From: Bacteriovoracaceae bacterium
GTDB lineage: Bacteria; Bdellovibrionota; Bacteriovoracia; Bacteriovoracales; Bacteriovoracaceae
Reading direction: 5' to 3'
Assembly (NCBI GenBank): GCA_965217035.1
Contig: OZ244226.1
Location: 2,896,146 to 2,960,145, forward strand
Length of the DNA: 64,000 nt
Below, one piece after another: positions 18,442 through 28,570 of the stretch. Under the pieces are notes generated by a model, which worked only from the letters and a program-made list of their open reading frames with translations, did no database searches and had not been told where the DNA came from. Within the stretch, counting starts at the first letter, position 1, and each line of letters begins with the position of its first letter. The translations under genes and the position numbers were made by a program.

Positions 18442-19791
18442 ATGAATATGTCGCAAAGTGTTGTTATTGTGGGAGCAGGTCTTGCTGGTACAGATGCTGC
18501 TTATTATCTCGCTGAGAGAGGGGTGAAAGTTTATCTCTATGAAAGTAAAGAGATTCAAAAAACGCCTGCTCAAAAAACAAACTATCTTGCAGAGCTCGTT
18601 TGCACGAATTCATTAAAATCAACGGCGACAACTTCAGCTCATGGTCTTTTAAAGTTAGAGATGCAATCACTTGGTTCTTTGATCCTTTCAGAGGCAAAGA
18701 AAGCAGCGGTTCCAGCTGGAGACGCGCTTGCTGTTGATCGCGATCAGTTTGCGGAAGCAGTGACTTCTAAAATTAAGAATCACCCTAATATTACTTATAT
18801 TTCTCAAGTTGTTTCTAATCCAGAGCAACTCAAAGAAAAGCATCAAGCTTCTCATGTCGTTATTTCTTCTGGACCACTCACTTTAAAACCACTTGAAGAA
18901 TGGATTGTTCAATCTGTAAGCGATGATGATCTTTACTTTTATGATGCGATTGCCCCTGTGGTTGATGCGGACAGCTTAGATTACGAAGAGCTTTATTTTA
19001 TGGACCGTCATCAAAAACATGAAGGACCTGGAGATTATCTCAATATTCCTCTTAATGAAGAACAATACTATAAGTTTGTGAACGATGTTCTGAAGGCCGA
19101 TAAAGTTCCAGCTCAAAATTTTGAAAAAGAAACGTTTTTTGAAAGCTGCCTTCCCATTGATGTTATGGCGTCTCGGGGCCCTGACACTCTTCGCTTTTCT
19201 TGTATGAAGCCGATTGGGCTTGAGAGAAAAGGGGAGAAGCGTTCCTATGCTGTTATTCAGTTGAGAAAAGAAAACCTTCTTGGATCTGCTTTTAATATGG
19301 TTGGATTTCAAAATCGTCTTACTTACAAAGAACAAGTCAGGATTTTTCGAACTTTGCCAGGATTCAAAAAGGCTGGTTTTCTTCATTTAGGATCGGTCCA
19401 TCGAAATACTTACCTTAATGCTGCTAAAATTTTGAATCCTGATTTGAGCATGAAGGCTAAACCAGGTATTCATTTTGCAGGTCAGATTGCAGGAGTTGAA
19501 GGATATACCGAAAGTGCAGCAATTGGTCTTTATGTCGCTTCCCAAATTTTTAGAGAATTAGAAGGAAAGGAATCTGTAAAGTGGCCGAAAGAAACAGCAA
19601 TTGGAGCTCTCATCGAATATCTCATGACTTCGGTAAAACCCGTTCCGAGTAATGTGAATTTTGGACTGCTTCCAAGAATTGAACTCAATCGAGAACAAAG
19701 AAAAAGTAAAGACCGTAAAAAAATTAAAAAACAACTTGTCAGTGATAAAGCTCAAGAGGTCTTTCATGAGTTTATGGGGTCTCTTCAATAA
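18442..19791 (+). CDS. trmFO: FAD/folate-dependent tRNA U54 methyltransferase
   Basis: GAGLAG, AELVCTNS, YFYDAIAP, FFESCLP, MKPIGL, HRNTY, GVEGYTES. Confidence 0.97.
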   Translation: MNMSQSVVIVGAGLAGTDAAYYLAERGVKVYLYESKEIQKTPAQKTNYLAELVCTNSLKSTATTSAHGLLKLEMQSLGSLILSEAKKAAVPAGDALAVDRDQFAEAVTSKIKNHPNITYISQVVSNPEQLKEKHQASHVVISSGPLTLKPLEEWIVQSVSDDDLYFYDAIAPVVDADSLDYEELYFMDRHQKHEGPGDYLNIPLNEEQYYKFVNDVLKADKVPAQNFEKETFFESCLPIDVMASRGPDTLRFSCMKPIGLERKGEKRSYAVIQLRKENLLGSAFNMVGFQNRLTYKEQVRIFRTLPGFKKAGFLHLGSVHRNTYLNAAKILNPDLSMKAKPGIHFAGQIAGVEGYTESAAIGLYVASQIFRELEGKESVKWPKETAIGALIEYLMTSVKPVPSNVNFGLLPRIELNREQRKSKDRKKIKKQLVSDKAQEVFHEFMGSLQ

Positions 19792-20684
19792 TGAAGTCTT
19801 CTCTCATCATTCTTGCCTGCTTTTTGTGGGCCTTCGATGCTTTAGTTCGTTATCCTTTGATGGAAGCTGGTTATTCAAGTTTGACTGTTGTTTCCTTTGA
19901 GCATTTTTTCGGCTTAGGAATGCTCTCGATTTTCTATCGTCAAAAGTTTCGAGAGCTTTTTAAGTTTCATTATTTTGTCCCCTTTCTCGTTATAGGAGGA
20001 TTTGGCTCTGCTCTCGCGACTCTCGCTTTTACGAAATCCTTTGAAGTCTTAAACCCTTCTTATGTGATTCTCCTTCAAAAGCTCCAACCCTTGGTTGCTA
20101 TCCTTCTGGCTTCGATTGTTTTAGGAGAAAAAATACATTCAAAGTTCTTGATGTGGGCAGGAGTGAGTATTATAGGTGCTATCCTGATCGGTTATGAAGA
20201 TCTTTACGAATTCATGAGCTCTGATCAATTCAATGCTCAAAATCTTTTTCATGAAGCGAAATTTGCCGGATATGTTTATGTCATTATTTCAATAATGGGA
20301 TGGGCCAGTGCCACTGTTTATGGAAAGAAATTAACAAACATGGGATTAGACGAGTCATCAATTCTCTTAGGAAGATTCTTTTTTGGATCCTTAATGCTTT
20401 TTCCCTTTTGTTTTCAAGATGGATATCTATCTGGTGTTAATATAGAATTTACAATTAAAGTTGTCGCTCTAGTTTTTTTCTCAGGTCTACTTGCTATTTC
20501 TCTTTATTATAAAGGTCTTAAACATACTCCTGCGAGAATTGCGACATTGCTTGAGCTTTTCTTTCCATTTTGTGCTGTTTTTGTAAACTGGATTATCTTA
20601 GATCAAAAGTTAGGAATGCTTGAATGGCTTGGCGGAGGGCTTCTTGCTGTGAGCGCGGTGGTATTACAAAGGAATCGTTATTAA
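19791..20684 (+). CDS. DMT/EamA-family transporter
   Basis: About 10 TM helices, LLQKLQP..AILLA...LGEK, two-repeat layout. Confidence 0.9.
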   Translation: MKSSLIILACFLWAFDALVRYPLMEAGYSSLTVVSFEHFFGLGMLSIFYRQKFRELFKFHYFVPFLVIGGFGSALATLAFTKSFEVLNPSYVILLQKLQPLVAILLASIVLGEKIHSKFLMWAGVSIIGAILIGYEDLYEFMSSDQFNAQNLFHEAKFAGYVYVIISIMGWASATVYGKKLTNMGLDESSILLGRFFFGSLMLFPFCFQDGYLSGVNIEFTIKVVALVFFSGLLAISLYYKGLKHTPARIATLLELFFPFCAVFVNWIILDQKLGMLEWLGGGLLAVSAVVLQRNRY

Positions 20685-21666
20685 AGTTCTAATAGGAGTT
20701 GATCAGCTCGTTGAAAGAGATATGTCCACATCGATGGTCGAAACACTTCTTTCTATCGGTCATGAAGTAGAATTAGTTAGTTTAATCCATAAACCTGGAA
20801 ATATTGTAGGTCCTCTTCATAGTCATAAAACGACGAGCAGCTATCTTTCTTTATTTTTTAAGAAAAAGAGCTCATTAGAACGATTCCCCAATTGGACAAA
20901 ATCGGCTGCTAAGAAATTTAAAATTCCTAAAGCTGATTTTTATCTCTTCTTATCTACTGGTTTTTTCCATCTCGTCGAAACAGATCCTAAAATTCCGCGA
21001 GTCGATTACCTCTATGGAGAAGCTTCTCGTTTTAATAATCTTAAGAATACACAGAAGATTAATGTTTGTTCTCAATCACTCGGAAATACACTTGAGCTAG
21101 AAGAGGTAAATGTCATTCCAGCGCCTTTTATTAGTCGAGATTTTCCTGTGATGGGAAAGTATTATGAAAATAAGAATGTTTTGCTTCGAACAGAAAATAT
21201 GGATCGTGTGCAACTTTACAAGGTGATCAGCTTGCTTGGAGCAGATTATCAACTTAAGGTGATCTCTAAGTCAAAACAAGTTCATGAGTTAAAAACAGAG
21301 TTTCCACAGATTGAATTCTTTGGAGAACTTAATAGCAATGCCCTTTATATTGAACTTTTAAAGTCTTTAGTTTTTATTGACGATTGTGATCACGCTTTTC
21401 CGGTCGAAACGTTTTGTTCTCTTTGTACGGGAATTCCTGTTATCGTCAAAGAAAATCAAGTGAATTCAGAGTTTTTAGTCGGGGATATTTGTTCATTTTA
21501 TAGAGATTATGATGATTTTAAATCTAAATTATCTGATTTTCTTGGAGGAGAAACTAATTTCAAACCAGACCTCTTGAGAAGATATGCTCTTCGCTTTAAT
21601 GAAAGAATTTTTAAAAATCGATTTCTAAGACTGATTAACATTCAAAAAAAGAGTTATCGCCTTTGA
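20680..21666 (+). CDS. Degenerate GT4/GT-B-like glycosyltransferase, probable ATT start
   Basis: ATT at 20680 after AAAGGA gives MKVLIGVDQL; first ATG is 20722. GIPVI and RRYALRFNERIF resemble the GT4 C-terminus. Confidence 0.6.
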   Translation: MKVLIGVDQLVERDMSTSMVETLLSIGHEVELVSLIHKPGNIVGPLHSHKTTSSYLSLFFKKKSSLERFPNWTKSAAKKFKIPKADFYLFLSTGFFHLVETDPKIPRVDYLYGEASRFNNLKNTQKINVCSQSLGNTLELEEVNVIPAPFISRDFPVMGKYYENKNVLLRTENMDRVQLYKVISLLGADYQLKVISKSKQVHELKTEFPQIEFFGELNSNALYIELLKSLVFIDDCDHAFPVETFCSLCTGIPVIVKENQVNSEFLVGDICSFYRDYDDFKSKLSDFLGGETNFKPDLLRRYALRFNERIFKNRFLRLINIQKKSYRL

Positions 21667-22114
21667 AAAGAGCATCCCATTTTTCCTGACTTATTCTTTC
21701 TAGGTCTCCATTGCTTTGGGAATCTTCAAGATAAAGATAGTTTTTATTAGGAGATCCTTCAAAAGAATAAGTGTAGGTAAAGTTTCCTAAATTACAGTTT
21801 TCGTTTTTGGGCTTATGGAAAAGCGTAACAGCTTTTTTCTTTGGATCGATGAGGACCTTTCCTTCTAGCCTAAAAGCTTGTTTGCTCTGACCTACAATTT
21901 TTATCGTGGGATCAGTCGTTCTAATTTCTCTAACTGTTATCATCGTGAAAATAAGCTCTTTATCATTTTCGTCTTTTTCCGCTATCCTCAGAATAAAACT
22001 TCCTGCGGGAACGTCTTCGAATTCCATTTCCATCATCCACCATTGACCTATGAGAGCAGGATCAGCGTAACTTGAAAGACTAAAAAGCATAAGAAGATAA
22101 ATCAATTTTTTCAT
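21635..22114 (-). CDS. Secreted lipocalin-like hypothetical protein
   Basis: Signal peptide, LIGQW motif; TATAAT 6 nt before the ATG. Confidence 0.75.
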   Translation of the reverse strand: MKKLIYLLMLFSLSSYADPALIGQWWMMEMEFEDVPAGSFILRIAEKDENDKELIFTMITVREIRTTDPTIKIVGQSKQAFRLEGKVLIDPKKKAVTLFHKPKNENCNLGNFTYTYSFEGSPNKNYLYLEDSQSNGDLERISQEKWDALFKGDNSFFEC

Positions 22115-22209
22115 AAAACCATTATAGGTTCTTAATGGTCAAGAGATGAGAGTTCTATATTATTTTCAATAAGATGTTTATTTTTTAGACAGCCCATCTC
22201 AAGTCGAAC

Positions 22210-22386
22210 TTAGTCAATCAATTCTTGAATTCAGATTCTCTGCAAAGGTGTAAATAAGGCCATAAGACCCAAGGTTTGAAGGCCAACTCCATCAGCTGAG
22301 ATATCTCTGCATAAACCCTTTACTGCAAGATCTACGAATTATTGCATAAATAACAATGAACACAGATTATAAAGGTAAAATCTTTT
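22210..22386 (-). pseudogene. Possible decayed PilZ-domain remnant
   Basis: One frame reads KRFYLYNLCSLLFMQ*FVDLAVKGLCRDISADGVGLQTLGLMALFTPLQRI*IQELID*; DxSxxG motif with in-frame stops. Confidence 0.35.
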
Positions 22387-22391
22387 CTATA

Positions 22392-23396
22392 TTAAGGCTT
22401 TTGATTAAGATAAATTGTTATTTTAGTGAGACTGTTTGTAACGACTTCATCGGGATCAAAACCTGGAGGAACTTCGAAAACAGTTGCCGCCGAGTGGTTA
22501 TGACCCCCACCACCAAGCTCTTGAGCGATTTCGCCCACGTCGATATCTCCGTGAGAGCGGAGGCTGAGTTTTATTTTCCTTCCTTCCTCACGGAACATAC
22601 AAGCGATCTTAACATTTTCAAGTACGAGAAGGTTATTGATATAAGCATGAGTATCTTCGAGGTCTGATTCATATTTATCAAATTCATCTTTTGTAATTCG
22701 AATCCAAGCAACTTTTCCATCGTCACTTGTCTGACAATTTTTCAAAATATGACCGAGTAAATGCATTTGCTTCAGTTTTCGAGCACCATAAATATGGTTA
22801 TAGGCTTTTGTCGTTTTAACCCCTGTCTCTAAAAGTTCGGCGATCAGTTTATGAGTGTGATGGGTGACTGAAGGATAGCGAAAAGTATTCGTATCAATAA
22901 GGATAGCGGTGTAAAGAGCAAGCGCCATTTCTTCGCTATATTGAATACCCATTCTCTTGATGAGTCTTCCCGTAATTTCGCCAGTCGCTGAAGCTTTAAC
23001 ATCAATATAATGAATTCCAAAGCTGATATTTTCAGAAGGGTGATGATCGATATAGATAATATTTGAAAACGCAGAAAGATATTGGCTCATTTTTAAACCC
23101 GTTCGTGAAATCTTATTCGTATCGACAATGATGATCAGATCCGGCTTAAAGCCTTTATGTTTTTTTTGAAGATCATCTAGAGAGATAATTGTTTTTTTGG
23201 GATCAAGATAACTATAACGATCAAGTAGAGGTTCTTCATTCACGCAGAAACATTCTTTCCCTAATTCTCTCAGGGCCAAGCACAGAGAAATCTGACTCCC
23301 AAGCCCATCAGCATCAGGAACGATATGAGTCGTAATAATAATTTTTTCGTGCTCAGAGAGGACTTTCTTTAAACGGTTATAAAATTCTTCGGTCAT
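22392..23396 (-). CDS. nrnA: DHH/DHHA1 phosphoesterase (NrnA-like oligoribonuclease/pAp phosphatase)
   Basis: HIVPDADGLGS, IDHH, SLRS, GGGGH..A. Start at 23396 (TATAAT + 7 nt). Confidence 0.9.
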   Translation of the reverse strand: MTEEFYNRLKKVLSEHEKIIITTHIVPDADGLGSQISLCLALRELGKECFCVNEEPLLDRYSYLDPKKTIISLDDLQKKHKGFKPDLIIIVDTNKISRTGLKMSQYLSAFSNIIYIDHHPSENISFGIHYIDVKASATGEITGRLIKRMGIQYSEEMALALYTAILIDTNTFRYPSVTHHTHKLIAELLETGVKTTKAYNHIYGARKLKQMHLLGHILKNCQTSDDGKVAWIRITKDEFDKYESDLEDTHAYINNLLVLENVKIACMFREEGRKIKLSLRSHGDIDVGEIAQELGGGGHNHSAATVFEVPPGFDPDEVVTNSLTKITIYLNQKP

Positions 23397-23479
23397 GAGA
23401 TCTATTATATCGACTATATGTGTCGTTTCATGAGGCGGAATCTTTTCATTCCTCACCTGACTGAGTTACTATTTTATTT

Positions 23480-24424
23480 ATGACCATGATGGTGGAACTC
23501 GATCAAGTATCGAAAAATTTTGGAGACCGAAAGGTACTAGATGAGATCAGTTTAGAGCTGAAATCTGGTGAAATCCATGGATTTCTTGGACCGAATGGTG
23601 CTGGGAAATCAACGACAATAAAAATTATTTTGGGACTTTTACGACCTGAATCAGGTTCAGTGAAATTATTTGGAGAGTCGCTTTCTGAAACTTTTCCTAA
23701 AAAGGCCTATCGAGTTGGAGTTCTTCCCGAATTTCCACCTCTCTACGAAGATATGATCACGGAGGAGTATTTTGAGTTTCTTTACCAACTCAAATACCCA
23801 CAGAAGCTCTCAAAAACTGAACTTAATCAGTTAATAGAAGATTTTGAACTTCAAGAATCAAGAGGTCGGTTAATTAAAAATCTTTCAAGAGGAAATAAAC
23901 AGAAAATTGCATTGGCCCAAGCTTTTCTTGGACGGCCAGAAATTGTGATCCTTGATGAACCCACTCTTGGGCTTGATCCTGAAAATATTGTTCGCGTTCG
24001 TGAGATTATTAAAAAAGTAGCCAAGAACTGTACGGTCTTTCTTTCAAGCCATCTTTTAAATGAAGTTCAACTTTTATGTGATCGAGTAACAATCATTAAT
24101 CAAGGTAAAATCCAGTTAAGTCGTTCTGTGTCTGAACTTTCAAATTTATTTGCAATGGATAAACAATTCTCTCTTAAAACTCGTAATGAAATCACCTCTG
24201 ATGATTTGGTTGAATTAAAGCAAAGATTTCAATTGCAATTTCTTGGACAGGAAGATCATTATTGGCGTTTTCAAGGAGATCTTGATGATGAAAAAAAGTC
24301 AGAACTTTTTCAGTTTCTTGGAAATAAAGACTTAGGAGTTCTTGATGCCCATTGGAAAGAAGTCAATTTGGAACAAATTTATTTGAAAACCTTGAAAGGA
24401 GATTATGAAGTCCCTCGTCAGTAA
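23480..24424 (+). CDS. ABC exporter ATPase (GldA/PilH-like)
   Basis: GPNGAGKST, LSRGNKQ, ILDEPT, SSH. Confidence 0.92.
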   Translation: MTMMVELDQVSKNFGDRKVLDEISLELKSGEIHGFLGPNGAGKSTTIKIILGLLRPESGSVKLFGESLSETFPKKAYRVGVLPEFPPLYEDMITEEYFEFLYQLKYPQKLSKTELNQLIEDFELQESRGRLIKNLSRGNKQKIALAQAFLGRPEIVILDEPTLGLDPENIVRVREIIKKVAKNCTVFLSSHLLNEVQLLCDRVTIINQGKIQLSRSVSELSNLFAMDKQFSLKTRNEITSDDLVELKQRFQLQFLGQEDHYWRFQGDLDDEKKSELFQFLGNKDLGVLDAHWKEVNLEQIYLKTLKGDYEVPRQ

Positions 24425-25154
24425 AGAGATTCGTAATTATCTCTCTCATCATTTTGTTTTCATTCTTGCCGCTGCTTTTAGTGTTCTTTCCGGCGTGATT
24501 TTTCTCAACCTTTTAGGTCAGTACTTTCATATCACTGAATTAGGAAAGGGGGATCAAGTTGATCCCATTATGTTCGTGATTGTTGGTTTCTTCAATAATA
24601 TGAATTTTATCCTTATTTTTCTCGTTCCTTTAATTTGTATGAACTTATTTTCAAAAGAACACAAATCTGGGACGATAACTTTGCTTTTCACTTCTCGTTT
24701 CTCCCGATGGGAAATTATATGGGCAAAGTTTATGAGTGCTTTTGTTCCAATACTCTTAGTTCTTTCTCCTTTAATCGTCTATCTCATGATCTTTTGGTTT
24801 TCTGGACTTTATGAGAAAAGCTATCTCTTATCAGGTGGACTTGGAATTCTTCTCAACCTTATTATCTATACAAGTCTTGGAGTATTTTTTTCTAATCTCT
24901 TTTTTAAATCTTCGGTACTTGCTGCTTTTCTTCACGTAGCGACGTTAATTTTATTGAATTCAATTCAATCATTTGCTCAATACACAGATAATTACATCAT
25001 CCATAAATTAATTCTTTATATCTCTGTGGTCCCTCATTATATCAATGTTTTACGAGGTGTTCTTAGTACGAGCGATATCGTTTACTATCTTCTCTGGAGT
25101 GGATTCTTCCTTTTTCTTTCGCACAAGATCTTTCGCCTTAGGGAGATTGCATGA
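24405..25154 (+). CDS. ABC-2 permease (GldF/PilI-like)
   Basis: KE.R.Y, FSKEHKSGT..LLFT, AKF, SDIVYY. Confidence 0.88.
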   Translation: MKSLVSKEIRNYLSHHFVFILAAAFSVLSGVIFLNLLGQYFHITELGKGDQVDPIMFVIVGFFNNMNFILIFLVPLICMNLFSKEHKSGTITLLFTSRFSRWEIIWAKFMSAFVPILLVLSPLIVYLMIFWFSGLYEKSYLLSGGLGILLNLIIYTSLGVFFSNLFFKSSVLAAFLHVATLILLNSIQSFAQYTDNYIIHKLILYISVVPHYINVLRGVLSTSDIVYYLLWSGFFLFLSHKIFRLREIA

Positions 25155-26614
25155 AGATTTTATGGACATCGATTTGGTTTTTGCTTTTTTATTCTCTCGG
25201 TGCACTTGTTCTGGTTTTTCCAGGAGAGTACACTTCTTTTAAATGGTCTTTAACAGGCTTTATCGTTTTTTATGGCCTTATTCTTTGGTATCGCGAAGGT
25301 TGGAAACTTCCTTGGAGATCTAATAGTAAAGATCTTTTCAGTCATGTCCTTAATGTTTTCTTGATGGGGTCAATCTTTTCATTAGTCGCATATTTCTCTT
25401 ATCAGAGGTCTTGGACTTTTGACCTCACGTCACAAGAAATAAATAAAGTTTCAGAATCTACTAAACAAACACTGGGTAAAATAAACAAACCCTTCAAAGT
25501 TACAGTTCTTGCCGAGAAAAAGAATTGGCAACAAATTAATGACTTTTTTCAATTTTTTTTGCCAGAGCAACGGAATATAAAAATAGAGCTTTTTTCACCT
25601 GCTCAAAAAACAGCTTTACTTCAAAGTCTTTCGATAAAAAAAATCCCTGCCTATATCTATGAATATGAAAAACAAAAGAGAGTTGGTTACCACTTGAATG
25701 AGGGAGAGTTCGTCAAAAAAGTCAATTCACTGATGGGGGTTAAACCAAAAACTCTTTGCTGGCTGGAAGGTTTTTCTGGTGTTAATCTTCATGAAACAGG
25801 TCGGAATGGAGCAAGTTATTTAAAAAATCTTATGCTTCAAGAAGGTCATAGAGTTTTAACGACCAATAAACCTCTTAATGACTGCGATACTTATCTCTCC
25901 ATGGGATTTCAGTCTCAAAAGGAAGAAGATGTTCTCAGGTTAAAGAAATTTATTGGAAAGAAACCGATCTTATTTGCTTTTGATCCTGACCTAAAGAAGA
26001 AACGACCTCAAAGTTTTTCGGAAGTTTTAAAAGAAGGTGGGATTGAAATTAACAATAATGTTGTTATTGATAGAGAATCAATGAAGACAACTGGCCAGGC
26101 CGTAAATTTGTCTTTTTCGACGAGTGGACAAGGGCATCAGGTTTTTCAAGGACTTTCTAACCCATTAATGCTTCCTTTAAGCACGTCTTTTAAAGTTGCT
26201 GAAAAGGTCGAAAAAATTCTTATGACGCCGGATTTTCCGAAGAGTTGGGGGGAAACGGACCTTAGTTCTCTTGTTGAAACAGGAGAAGTTAGTTTTTCTC
26301 CAACCGATACGCGTGGACCTATCCCTATTTTTGTAGAGTCTTCGATCAAGGGCCAAAAACTTTATGTTTTGGGAACGAGTTTATTTGTGACGAATGCTTA
26401 TAAGGCCTATTCTGAAAATTTTCATTTTTTTCTCAATATTCTTTCAAATCTTCTTGGAGAAGATATTCTGAAAGATCGATCTCAAATAAAAAGTGAATCA
26501 CTTCAATTCACTCAATCTCAACTTAATCTGGTTACTTATCTCTGTCTGATAGTAACACCTTTGAGTTTTCTATTGATTGCCTTTTACTGTTTTAGAAGAA
26601 GGGTAAGACAATGA
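25151..26614 (+). CDS. GldG/PilG-like ABC auxiliary membrane protein
   Basis: N-terminal TMs, FDLT...S..T motif, large periplasmic region, C-terminal TM followed by RRR. Confidence 0.8.
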   Translation: MKILWTSIWFLLFYSLGALVLVFPGEYTSFKWSLTGFIVFYGLILWYREGWKLPWRSNSKDLFSHVLNVFLMGSIFSLVAYFSYQRSWTFDLTSQEINKVSESTKQTLGKINKPFKVTVLAEKKNWQQINDFFQFFLPEQRNIKIELFSPAQKTALLQSLSIKKIPAYIYEYEKQKRVGYHLNEGEFVKKVNSLMGVKPKTLCWLEGFSGVNLHETGRNGASYLKNLMLQEGHRVLTTNKPLNDCDTYLSMGFQSQKEEDVLRLKKFIGKKPILFAFDPDLKKKRPQSFSEVLKEGGIEINNNVVIDRESMKTTGQAVNLSFSTSGQGHQVFQGLSNPLMLPLSTSFKVAEKVEKILMTPDFPKSWGETDLSSLVETGEVSFSPTDTRGPIPIFVESSIKGQKLYVLGTSLFVTNAYKAYSENFHFFLNILSNLLGEDILKDRSQIKSESLQFTQSQLNLVTYLCLIVTPLSFLLIAFYCFRRRVRQ

Positions 26615-27882
26615 AACGACTTGAAAATAATGTTGTTTTAACTTTTGTATTTTTTATTTTACTTGGTGGAATATGGTTTTTTGAAAATAGAGACCAGTCG
26701 AATGTAAATATTAAAGAATCTCTCTATTCAGAGCTCTCATTTCCATTAGAACGACTTGAGTATGAAGGAAGATTTCTTTATAGAAAACAAGGTTATTATC
26801 ATTATGGATCGACCGGTGTCATTATTCCCGATCAGGTTGTGAATGATTACTTGAATACTTTTAAAGGGATTTCAAAGATAGAGCAAATCCAAATCCTACC
26901 TAAAAACTTAAAGGTCGATTTTGAATTGGTTTTTAATCAGTCTCGAATTGTATTTTATAAACCTATTCCTCAAACAGGTAATTTTTTTGTTCAATTGAAA
27001 AAAAATGATCTTGAAGAAAACATTCTTGCAAATTCAATTGAAGAATTTGAAGGACTTTATAAAGACGAAGCAGATTTAAAACTTAAATCTTTTAATCTAA
27101 TGAAAGAGAAGCTGATTAGATGGGAAAAGACTCTTCTGAAAAATAAAATAATTCCAGAGTCTTTTTCATCTATTACGCGAAAGATAGGAGAGGGTAGAGA
27201 AGCTTCTATTAGTTTTCATTTATATCAAACATCACCAGAAGTTCCTGAAGTACTTGGTTATAATAAAGCTTTATTTGATGATTATAAAGAGCAATTGAAG
27301 CGACTTACTCCTGTTGATATTTTTAATGAACTTCCTCGTAGCACAAAATTGTGGGGCTCAATTATATTGAGCAAAGAAGTACTTGAGCTTCATTCACTTG
27401 ACGGTATTTACTATCTCAAAAAAGGAAAAAACTATTGGCAGCTTTCTGAAGAAGGAATTACTCTTCTCTTGAAGCCTGTGAAGTCTCTTTGGAATGATCA
27501 ATTTCATTGGGTAACTCAAAGTTTTCAAGACTTGAAAGGTTTTAAGTTTAAGTTTGGAAAAAATGAGCTTCCTATCCAAATCAACAAAAGAGCTGAGCTT
27601 GTTTTTCAGGCGGATAATCTCAACCAAAAGCAGATACAAGGAATTAAGGAGATTCTTTGTTATGTTTCACAATGCCGAGAAGACTATAAAGCATTAAGAA
27701 TTAACTCATTTGAATCAAAAAAGTCTTATCCTTATCAAATAGAGTTCTCAAATCATAAGATTCTTTTTAAGCTTGATGGTCCACTACTAAAACTATTTGA
27801 TCCCGGTTCTAAGGTTGAACTTGAATATTTGTGGTCTTTATTTCGAGAAGGTGACTTGTTCGCAGGCCTTTCTAGGTTATAA
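26611..27882 (+). CDS. Membrane-anchored periplasmic protein (DUF4340-like position in operon)
   Basis: N-terminal TM; ATGA overlap with the GldG-like gene; assignment by context. Confidence 0.65.
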   Translation: MKRLENNVVLTFVFFILLGGIWFFENRDQSNVNIKESLYSELSFPLERLEYEGRFLYRKQGYYHYGSTGVIIPDQVVNDYLNTFKGISKIEQIQILPKNLKVDFELVFNQSRIVFYKPIPQTGNFFVQLKKNDLEENILANSIEEFEGLYKDEADLKLKSFNLMKEKLIRWEKTLLKNKIIPESFSSITRKIGEGREASISFHLYQTSPEVPEVLGYNKALFDDYKEQLKRLTPVDIFNELPRSTKLWGSIILSKEVLELHSLDGIYYLKKGKNYWQLSEEGITLLLKPVKSLWNDQFHWVTQSFQDLKGFKFKFGKNELPIQINKRAELVFQADNLNQKQIQGIKEILCYVSQCREDYKALRINSFESKKSYPYQIEFSNHKILFKLDGPLLKLFDPGSKVELEYLWSLFREGDLFAGLSRL

Positions 27883-27889
27883 TGATTTC

Positions 27890-28498
27890 ATGAACGCTCT
27901 TTATTCTCAGTTTTTCTATAATCTTTTTGCTCCTGAAGAAAATACAGGCGAGAATGCATTAAATCTCACTCAGGTTCTCTTATTGAGTTGGCCTTTTGTT
28001 ATCCTGAAGTTTTTTGTTGAATTCATTCTGACCTATTTCTTTCTCGATCAAATTGCACGAGGACTTCTTTTTGAAGGAGATTATGAGGGCCTTTATAGTC
28101 TTTTCTCGACTCAAAGTTTAAAACTAGGCTTTTTTGTTATCTTCGCTAAAAGTTTTTTCACTATGTTGTTTTTTCCTTTATGGGGCTTCTTTGCTTATAT
28201 TTTCTGGAAAGTCATTTTAAATTTCTACTTTTGGGCCTTGAAGATAACTGATGAAAAGGACGAGTTAGTTGATGAAATTGTCTGTGCTGGTTTTAGCGGA
28301 TATATCTTTTATTTTATTCCAATTATTGGAGATTTTGGCACTTCTATTGCCCGGTTAGTGGTGCTATTTCAAGCTTTAAGAAGAAGAATCGATATTTCAG
28401 CTCTTGCTTCGTTTTTTATTCTTCTTACACCACCTCTCTTTTTTGGATGCTTCCTTGTCATTTTAGCAATTATGATTCAATTTCTTACAATTTCCTGA
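27890..28498 (+). CDS. Multi-pass membrane protein (Yip1-like)
   Basis: About 5 TMs, FIPIIG motif. Start at ATG 27890 (TATAAT + 6 nt). Confidence 0.75.
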   Translation: MNALYSQFFYNLFAPEENTGENALNLTQVLLLSWPFVILKFFVEFILTYFFLDQIARGLLFEGDYEGLYSLFSTQSLKLGFFVIFAKSFFTMLFFPLWGFFAYIFWKVILNFYFWALKITDEKDELVDEIVCAGFSGYIFYFIPIIGDFGTSIARLVVLFQALRRRIDISALASFFILLTPPLFFGCFLVILAIMIQFLTIS

Positions 28499-28570
28499 AT
28501 CTAAAAAATTCTTAAGATGATATGCGCTTCGCGAAATGATCCGAGTCAAAAGATCGGGTAATTTAACTTC

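Noticed and set aside
18373..18573. 66-aa minus ORF upstream of nadE
   Set aside because: It overlaps the trmFO 5' end and the divergent promoter region and has no recognisable features.
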